NCBI GenBank assembly: GCA_010356995.1
Contig: ML996694.1
Coordinates: 1,233,931 to 1,263,713, forward strand
Source of the DNA: Trichodelitschia bisporula
Taxonomy: Eukaryota
DNA: 29,783 nt
Reading direction: 5' to 3'
Below, piece after piece: positions 21,846-29,783 of the stretch (position 1 is its first letter; the number at the start of each line of letters is the position of its first letter). The translations under genes and the position numbers were made by a program. The notes beneath the pieces are model-generated. The model did not search any database. It saw nothing but the letters and a program-made list of their open reading frames with translations, and was not told the DNA's origin.

Positions 21846-22639
21846 ATGAAGTTCCTCGCCCTCCTCTCTCTAGCATCTGCGGCCGCGTTGGCCAACGCTG
21901 GTCCGTCCCCTCCCCTCCTCCCCGTACCAACCTCAACTAACCCATAACAGTCCCTCACGGCCCTGATGCCCCAATGAAGGCTACTCCTTCTCTCCCCGCG
22001 AATAAGGCCCCGGCTGCCACCACTGCCACCGCAAAGACCCCGACGCTCAGCGCCGCAAAGGCTCCAACTCCCAGCGCCGCAAAAGCCCCAGTTCCTAGCG
22101 CTGCAAAGGCCCCATCCAAGCCTCCCATGCGCCGCCAGATCCCCTCCGGCCTGCCAAAGGTCTCCGGCCTGCCAAAGGCCTCCGGACTGCCAAAGGTCAC
22201 CGGACTGCCGAAGGCTTCAGGCGCCGCCGTCCCCAGTGCCGCACCCAAGGCCTCCACGCCAGCCAAAGCCGCCGGCCACGCCCACGGCGGGATGGCCGGC
22301 ATGCGCCGCCAGGTCAAGGCGACTTCTGCTCCCAAGGGCGCGCTCCCGCCCAAGGCCTCCTCTGTGTCGAAGGCGAGCTTAACCTCTGCGTTTGCGAAGG
22401 CGACGGCCAAGCCTGGTATGGCTGGTATGGCGGGCCACAGCATGAGGCGTGTGCGACGCCAGACTAGCGTGCCTAAGATCCCGGCTGGCCTGCCGAAGGC
22501 TACTGCCTCTGGCCTTCCCAAGGCTACGCCCTCGGCCGCTGTCCCCAAGATCCCGGCTGGTCTGCCCAAGGTCACGTCGGCGGGCGCCGCTGCGCCTAAG
22601 GCAACTGGCATGGCGGGCATGGCTGGGCATGGCCACTAG
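21846..22639 (+). CDS. Secreted Ala/Pro/Lys-rich repeat protein with RR|Q dibasic sites (candidate Kex2-processed repeat precursor), 247 aa; exons 21846..21900, 21951..22639
   Basis: Signal peptide MKFLALLSLASAAALANA. A phase-1 intron 21901-21950 (GTCCGT..CTAAC..CAG) joins in frame to VPHGPDAPMKATPS.... Contains MRRQ, MRRQ and MRRVRRQ sites plus repeated GLPK, SAAKAP and GMAGM motifs. Confidence 0.88.
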
Positions 22640-23898
22640 AGGGTTGGGATGGGAAGACCCTGTGTGGAGGTGGTCGGAATGTGATTATATCGACTGGGAA
22701 AATTAGTGGTGGATGGTTGCCGATGTACCTATTCACAATGACGAAATAAATTGTTTCTCTGATACGTTTCTACCCTGCTTGTCCCCGGCGCTCCGTCACT
22801 ACGACGGCCTTGAATGCTTTGGCGGACGTTGGATTAACGCCGCAGGCACAGGGATCTCCATCCGTTCGGCGTTTAATCTGCGGCGGGGCGCGGATGATCG
22901 GCACCGCGTATGGATGCTTCCAGCGACTTGGCCTGTTTGGGAATGACGACATGAGCCCGTAGGGATGGGATGATGAATGGAGGGGGGGAAGCCGTTTGTA
23001 AGGTGGCCGATTTAGGCACCGGGGTAGCCTTGTCCGACGGATGGCAATCGGATATATGAACGAGACATTAGGGTGAAAGCGGTGGAGAGTTCTGCAGACG
23101 TCGTATCCAACATTCTTCGGCGCCGCTTCTGTTTGAGAGGCTCAAGGTGAAGATTAGACAGATTGCCATTTGCAACCTTCACCGGAAGAGTACTCCGTGC
23201 TGCGCCGGTGTGGGTGATGATGTGGGTGCAGATATTGAGCCGTCGGTTGGTCGGCAAGGAATCAATCAGCAGTGTGAAGAACAAGATTGCCCTGCCGGCA
23301 AGTTGCCCTGGCCTATATTAGCCGTCAATCTGAAAAACAGGACCTTTCGGGTAAATCAGTTAGTATTAGCCCACGTGGTGAGGGGTACACACTCTTCAAC
23401 GAGTGACGGGAAATTTGCGGAACGCGGCAGCCGCACAGTCGATTCCTTATCCGTTCCCAAACCGACCTTGCGCATGGAATGTGACCCCAACCTAAGGATG
23501 GGTTGTCTATGCTCAAGCTTTATTGCTCTCGGCAAGACCTCCGATCCGGAGCTTGAACCGTCTAAGCTTTTCAGCTCCCGATCCTTACGGAGATCGCTAA
23601 CCAGCTTAACGGGATGACGGTGGGTATATGAGGTGTGGCAGCGGTGAGCCATTCGGTGGATCACCAGACTCGACAACATGCACAAGGCGATGCGCTGGAA
23701 GATTCACGATACCGCAAGAGACCTCGCCGTCATTCCGCGGCTCCAGATAACAATCAAGCTCGTATCAGTCTCAATTTCGGCCCAGTGGCCCGAGGTCAAA
23801 GGTTCAAGAATTGACATGCTGTCAAGAGCCGGAGTCGGTTGCAAATGTGAGGATGCAAGCCTGGCTGAAGACCGAGAGGCTACGGTACGTCCACACAA

Positions 23899-24951
23899 CT
23901 AACCTTGCCCGGCATCGAACATGGCAAACGCATCCGTATCTGCCCTGCCGCCAGCCTGCTGCGCTTCAGGCACCACGCCATTGAGCCACATTCGATGGTA
24001 GTCGACGCCTACCCAGGCAAATCCGGCAGAGTCGAATATAGAGGATGCATGGGCGTTGCCCAGCCAGGTCTCGGCAACGAAGCTTTTGGCCTTTTTGGCC
24101 TGTTCGGGGAACTTTGTTTTTGCGCCTTCCATAGCAGCTGTCAGAAGGAACGAAGCGGCGCGCGGCGACGTCGCATATAGCGGTCCAACCCGGAAGCCAT
24201 CCTCGCACGTCCGGACAAGCACCCAGCCATCAAGTTCATCCATACTATCGACCGGTTGCTGCTTATCACGGACCAGGGCGTATCCAACGGTGCCGTCGCG
24301 CTCCCAAATCCTGTCCCACACATCGTCTCGCCGCAATCCGGTATGGGCCAGGTCGCTCTTAGTTAGCACTGAGGGATGCACTTCCTGGAGCTCTACCTTC
24401 CGCCCGTCGAATTCTGCATCTTTAGGAGGTCGCGACATGGACTCTTGGCCAAAGGTACAAGACATTAGCCGGATACGTCCTTTTTCGACGAAGCCGCGGC
24501 GGCCGTACGTCCCAACTTGCTGCTGAACAGCATCAAGGCCGACAATGAGGGCACTATGCTTGTTGAAATGATCGAGGCCCGCGTTGAACAGAGCGGCACC
24601 CCACCCAAGACCTTGCTTCGAGGGGTTCATGCAGAAGAAGCCGACCCAGCCTGTGCCGTTGCTGAAGCTGTGAAAAGTAAGTGCTGCCCCTCGCTTTCCA
24701 TGCTTACGCACACGAAAGGCACAATACAGCCTTCGGCCTTGTCGGGGTTATCCTGTGCGGCGGCGACCAGAAACGATCCAGGAACATAGTGAAGTGTGAT
24801 ATCTTCAGACGCGCGGTTCTGATACAGTTAGAATCGTGGCAGGGGGGTGGGCATACTGTACCCAGGCAAACAATTGCATGAAGGGCCACCACAAGTCAAG
24901 GGCTTCCGTAACATCGGTCGCCGGGCGTACGATACACTTTGGTTTGGACAT
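23899..24951 (-). CDS. GNAT-family N-acetyltransferase (two-domain, YitH-like); exons 24951..24862, 24818..24712, 24667..23899
   Basis: MSKPKCIVRPA...LFAW|NRASED...GCIVPFV|FSNGTGWVGFFCMNPSKQGLGWGAALF (acetyl-CoA Q-x-x-G-x-G-type motif), VGLDAVQQQVGTYGRRGF and GFRVGPLYA. Introns at 24861-24819 and 24711-24668 keep the frame. Confidence 0.87.
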
Positions 24952-26040
24952 TTTGGCGACGACTGGCAGAGTGACTTCGACGAGGTGCTGGCCGGGAGTT
25001 GGTGTTGGGTATATATCGGAGCACGCAAACGCCCAGGATGGTCCTGCCGTCAGATGCGGGCAGCCGGGCCTAAAAAAAGAAAGGGCGATTGCTCGAGCTA
25101 CATCACATAACGTTGAGCAAAATTAGAAGTCGTCCCCTTGAACATCTAAAACCGCTCCCATCGTTGACGTTGTTGCATCCGCTTGCCATCATTTTAAACG
25201 GAATTCCAATCAGAATGGCGGGTTCGTACCCCGCTCACGACTCAGCTGACGACGGAGATAGGCCAACAATTGAGGCTTTCCAGCGAGTGTGCGACTGGCA
25301 TGCTGGATACGTATAGCAAAGGAAGATAGATGGACACGCGATCGATTAGGTGCAGTGGGGATATGGGAGACAGACGCGGATGTTCCTCGTGTTCCATACA
25401 TACGCATGATAAGTGCCATCAGCTCTTAGTTCTAGGATGCCGGCCGGGATACACCAGGACCAGCTTCGCCGGGCGTGTGTACCGCGTCTTCCATGTGTGC
25501 TATTATGAGGCACTGAGGTACGAATGGCGGAGCAATATTTCAGCACCACGGATGAGCTGCGAGGAGCAGGTGAAAGATATCTGCTTCTCCAAAGGCCCCA
25601 AGCCATGACTGGTTTGCTCGAAGTCATTTTCAGAGATTGCACATCTTCATGACCATAGCAGTTCACCATGGCCTACAGTGAAAGAATGGCACTGGACATG
25701 TCGTGAAGGCGACGTGCGACGGGTGCAGCGGGAAACTTGGTGCAAGGTCGGAGATGCCTCGCCCGAGACCTCACTTAAGATGAAAACCCCCCCTGAACAA
25801 AATCAAGCCAGATATCATCGGTAAAAGAATGGAGTTGTTGGGGCTCAAGTGTTGCTGCTTGGAGAACTGGTGATGTTTCGGAGGAAGCCGATGGCGGAGC
25901 GAAAGTGAAGGTCACGGGTGTGGCTCAGTGGCACGGGCCGCTTAGTCAGCTACGAAGCTCTCCTCAAAGCATCCTGGCACTGAGCCCTATCGCCAACTCC
26001 TCACACCTACACCCCCAACTGCATCGTCAACACCAACGCC

Positions 26041-28719
26041 ATGGGTGCACACGAGGACACGTTGTTCCGCTCAGCGGACATGTCCCTCACCCAGCTCTAC
26101 ATCTCGCGGGAGATTGGCCGCGAGGTGGTGAGCGCCCTGGGTGAGATTGGGGTCATGGACTTCCGCGACGTAGGTGCCTGGCCCGCAGCCCCGAGGTGTG
26201 CTAACCGCCGCAGCTCAACTCGGACGTGTCTGCCTTTCAGCGAACCTTTACTCAAGAGATTCGCCGTCTCGACAATGTTGAGCGCCAGCTGCGTAAGTAG
26301 CTTCCCGGTGCCCCAGCGCCCAGCTAACGCCGCAGGCTACTTCCACGCCCAAATGGAGAAGGCGGGGGTTCCCGTCCGCTCCATTTACGAGTTCGACAAC
26401 ATCGTTGCCGCCCCATCCGCTTCGGAGATTGACGAGCTTACGGACCGCTGCCAGAGCCTTGAGAACCGCATCGCCTCACTCAACGAAAGCTACGAGACAC
26501 TGAAGCGCCGCGAGGTGGAGTTGACGGAGTGGCGCTGGGTGCTCCGGGAGGCAGGTGGCTTCTTCGACCGCGCACGAGGCCAAACAGAGGAGATTCGCAA
26601 CTCGCTGGATGACGACGACGCGCCCCTTCTGCGGGATGTCGAGCAGCACCACACGGAAGACCGCTCGTTCTCTACGATGAACATTGGCTTCGTGGCTGGT
26701 GTGATCCCACGCGAACGCATTGCAGCCTTCGAGCGTATCCTGTGGCGCACCTTACGCGGCAACCTCTATATGAACCAATCCGAGATCTCGGAGCCCATAA
26801 TCGATCCGGAGACCAACGAAGGCGTCAGCAAGAATGTGTTCGTCATCTTCGCCCACGGCCGCGAGATCATCGCCAAGATCCGCAAGATCTCGGAGTCTCT
26901 CGGTGCGGACCTGTACAGCGTGGACGAAAACAGTGAGCTGCGCCGTGACCAGATCCATGAGGTCAACACGCGCCTCGGTGAGCTGTCCAACGTGCTAGCC
27001 AACACCAAGCAGACGCTCGACGTTGAGCTGACGACGATATCGCGTTCGCTGGCTATGTGGATGGTGGTCGTTAAAAAGGAGAAGGCCGTATACCAGACGC
27101 TCAACAAGTTCTCATACGACGCCGCCCGCCGCACGCTCATCGCCGAGGCGTGGTGCCCCACAAGCTCGTTGGGGATGATCAAGTCAACGCTGCAGGACGT
27201 CAACGACCGCGCGGGCTCGTCTGTACCAACAATTGTCAACCAGATCAAAACGAACCGCACGCCTCCGACCTACTTCAAGACCAATAAATTCACACTGGCC
27301 TTCCAAACCATCATCGACGCGTACGGGACCGCCAAATACCAGGAGGTCAACCCCGGGCTGCCGACGATCATTACCTTTCCCTTTTTGTTCGCCGTCATGT
27401 TTGGCGATTTTGGGCACGGGTGTATCATGACGCTTGCAGCGCTGGCCATGATCTATTGGGAGCGACCGCTGTCGCGCGGTAAACAGGACGAGCTCTTTGC
27501 GATGGCCTTTTACGGACGCTACATCATGCTGATGATGGGCGTCTTCTCGATCTACACCGGGCTCATCTATTGCGACGCCTTTTCGAAGGAGCTGCCATTG
27601 TTCCAGTCGATGTGGGAGTTCCCGAAAGAGTTCAACGAAGGCGACTCGGTGGTGGGTGTGCGGCGCGAGGGCTACACTTATCCCTTTGGCATGGACTGGC
27701 GCTGGCATGACACCGATAACGACTTGATCTTCTCCAACAGCTACAAGATGAAGCTGAGTATTTTGCTCGGTTGGTGTCACGTAGGTCTCCCTTATTTCCG
27801 CCTCCCTAATCACCGCTGACACACGCAGATGACGTTTTCGTTGTGCTGGTCGTACATCAACGCGCGCCACTTCAAGTCGAAGATCGACATCTGGGGCAAC
27901 TTTGTGCCAGGCATGATCTTCTTCCAGTCCATCTTCGGGTACCTCGCATTCTGCATCATCTACAAGTGGTCTGTCGATTGGTACGCCATTGGTGAAGCAC
28001 CGCCCAGTCTGCTCAACATGCTCATCTACATGTTCCTGTCGCCGACGACGATCGACACACCGCTGTACCGGGGGCAGATGACAGTGCAAAACATCCTGCT
28101 CGTCATGGCCCTCCTCTGCGTCCCGGTCATGCTCTTCCTCAAGCCGTTCTGGCTGCGCCACGTGCACAACAAGGCGCGCGCACAGGGTTATCGCGGCCTC
28201 GGCGAGAACTCGCGGGTCAGCGCGCTTGACGATGACGACGAGGCGCCGACGCTCAACGGCGGGCGCGCGAGTATGGGCGACGACGAGGACGGCGCGGCGC
28301 TGATCACGCAAGACATCCAGGAGGAACACGAAGAGTTCGAGTTCTCGGAGGAGATGATCCACCAGGTGATCCACACGATCGAGTTCTGCCTCAACTGCGT
28401 GTCTCACACGGCGTCGTACCTGCGGCTGTGGGCCTTGTCGTTGGCGCATCAACAGCTGTCGATTGTGCTGTGGAAGATGACGCTCGATATTGCTTTTGGC
28501 ATGACGGGGGTGACTGCTGTGATTGCGACGGTTGGCCTGTTTTACCTGTGGTTTGTTCTGACGGTTATGGTGCTGTGCGTGATGGAGGGTACAAGCGCTA
28601 TGTTGCACAGTCTGCGCTTGCACTGGGTTGAGGCGATGAGCAAGCATTTTATGGGCGATGGAGTGCCTTTCCAACCGTTTTCATTTACGGTCTTGCTGGA
28701 GGAGGATCCGGTGGAGTAG
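26041..28719 (+). CDS. VPH1: V-type proton ATPase V0 subunit a; exons 26041..26169, 26214..26292, 26336..27780, 27829..28719
   Basis: [96 protein letters not shown] and [16 protein letters not shown]. Three canonical introns. Confidence 0.98.
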
Positions 28720-28995
28720 TGTAGGATAGTAATTCAGATTCCATTGTCTTCTCTCCTTACGATAATTTGGCTTACGCACCTGGTGTACGGCGCTCTTGCT
28801 ACAGCGTGTCGTCCCTCTGCCCATTACCGACAGTGCCCTCTGAGCTCGAAGCTTTCTTCAACACTATTCGACACGTTTAGAACTACTAGATCATGCGATT
28901 ATCTTGCATTCATGGCTCGGACGAGAAACGCGTAGTCTTTCTTGTCTTGCACTGTAGCAGCGCTCCTGATTTCAGGCTCAACTTCCGAATCTCAA

Positions 28996-29013
28996 TAACC
29001 CTAACCCTAACCC
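28996..29013 (+). repeat. Interstitial telomere-like repeat (TAACCC)3
   Basis: TAACCCTAACCCTAACCC, three units of the TTAGGG telomere repeat used by most filamentous ascomycetes. Confidence 0.75.
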
Positions 29014-29277
29014 GGGCATCGGCAGACAGTACCGCTTTCGAGGGCTCGGTACGCGGCGCACCGAAATCTAATCCAAAAACTCGGAAGTGAACTCCCATGT
29101 CATCCCACACATCCATCAATACGTACTGCGTCCTCATGCTGCCACTGTAGGCATTCGCTGTTCATAGATCCGAACTCCCGTTTATCCAAACGTCAAGCCC
29201 GTAACGTACGTTATGGTAGTGTAGATTTCGGGCCCCATCTCCTCCCACGATCCCCTTGAGAAGCAAAAGAGGCAAAA

Positions 29278-29395
29278 ACATACAGCAGTTGGGATTCGCT
29301 GCTGGTCACCCACGCAACTACTAGTCAACCGGTTCGAAGCTTAACTTCAGTGAGCAGACGGGGACTGGTGTACTCTTAGACCTATGGTCGCGTTC
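29278..29395 (-). rRNA. Dispersed 5S rRNA gene, divergent variant or pseudogene
   Basis: Reverse complement (118 nt): GAACGCGACCATAGGTCTAAGAGTACACCAGTCCCCGTCTGCTCACTGAAGTTAAGCTTCGAACCGGTTGACTAGTAGTTGCGTGGGTGACCAGCAGCGAATCCCAACTGCTGTATGT, then a T run. It matches the fungal 5S landmarks CGACCATA, CCCGTC-GCTC, TTAAGC, TAGTAGT, GGGTGACC, GCGAATCC and TGTATG. Confidence 0.9.
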
Positions 29396-29783
29396 CGCAT
29401 TAGGAAATCCGGATTAGGACACCGCCTTCGGCAGCCCGTTAATACGGGTTACCTCATCATGTTATCCTCGCAAAAATACTGTGCTATGCTTGGCCGGCTA
29501 GATTTGAATTCGAAAACGTCTTATCTCTGACGTGTGTCCGTATCCTTAGCTCAATGAGGAAAGTGCTCAATCTGGACTAGCCCATGCATTGTCATTCTTG
29601 CTAGCCAATACTTTCCTCCGTCTTGCCGCTAAAACCAGCGCCAGATTTCCTTCAATTGGAAATTACTGATGCGCTAAGTGATTTTAGATGGGCAGTAACA
29701 TGTGCTCGTCCTGCCCTCCGCATTGAACCACAACGCCTCCCTTAAATCGCCCCGTCTTCGGCCCTGTCGCCGGCTCCCCTCTC

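Noticed and set aside
21955..22620. 221-aa minus-strand repeat ORF (FGRPE/FAAL repeats)
   Set aside because: Mirror of the secreted repeat protein. The plus strand has the TATA box, signal peptide and intron.
22950..23890. Short ORFs between the secreted repeat gene and the GNAT (looked for a DUF3328-type RiPP oxidase)
   Set aside because: No HxxHC motifs, TM anchor or coherent exon chain found.
16830..24951. Secondary-metabolite gene cluster (glycosyltransferase, hydratase, acetyltransferase)
   Set aside because: No backbone enzyme, transporter or pathway regulator. The genes are interspersed with housekeeping RRF and target different compartments.
27184..28674. 496-aa ORF on the minus strand
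   Set aside because: Antisense shadow of VPH1, caused by GC-rich codon bias. No recognisable domain.
28996..29013. Telomerase RNA template
   Set aside because: Fungal templates are about 1.5 repeats inside a transcript of 1.5 kb or more. Here there are three repeats in a ~550-bp gap, and I see no pseudoknot or CR4/5-like elements.
29556..29618. Hairpin GAGGAAAGT...ACTTTCCTC as an H/ACA snoRNA
   Set aside because: No H box follows the stem and no convincing second hairpin plus ACA is present. It is compatible with chance.

Overview
Gene-dense, GC-rich eukaryotic DNA from a filamentous ascomycete (Pezizomycotina-type: GT..CTAAC/CTGAC..AG introns, mostly 41-53 nt). Recognisable spliced genes: a YTH-domain RNA-binding protein (5' end possibly outside the window), a conserved fungal multi-TM membrane protein, an Apd1/Aim32-type sucrase/ferredoxin-like Fe-S protein, a probable OB-fold protein, complex I 51-kDa subunit, dynactin p27-like protein, a GT90/CAP10-like glycosyltransferase, a peroxisomal (SKL) enoyl-CoA hydratase, mitochondrial ribosome recycling factor, a GNAT acetyltransferase and V-ATPase subunit a. 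RNA genes: an intron-containing tRNA-Ala(CGC) and a dispersed, divergent 5S rRNA copy. The most unusual items are: (i) a 247-aa secreted, strongly cationic repeat protein cut into four segments by RR|Q Kex2-type sites (21846-22639), whose signal exon the ORF track misses; (ii) an orphan LFG..RRAAD repeat ORF interrupted by one in-frame TAG; (iii) a five-fold tandem duplication of a gene's last codons plus stop; (iv) an in-frame 96-bp duplication ahead of the dynactin gene; (v) strong C-rich 5' / G-rich 3' skew inside several genes. No transposon or CRISPR array was found. All family calls come from recalled motifs; no searches were run.
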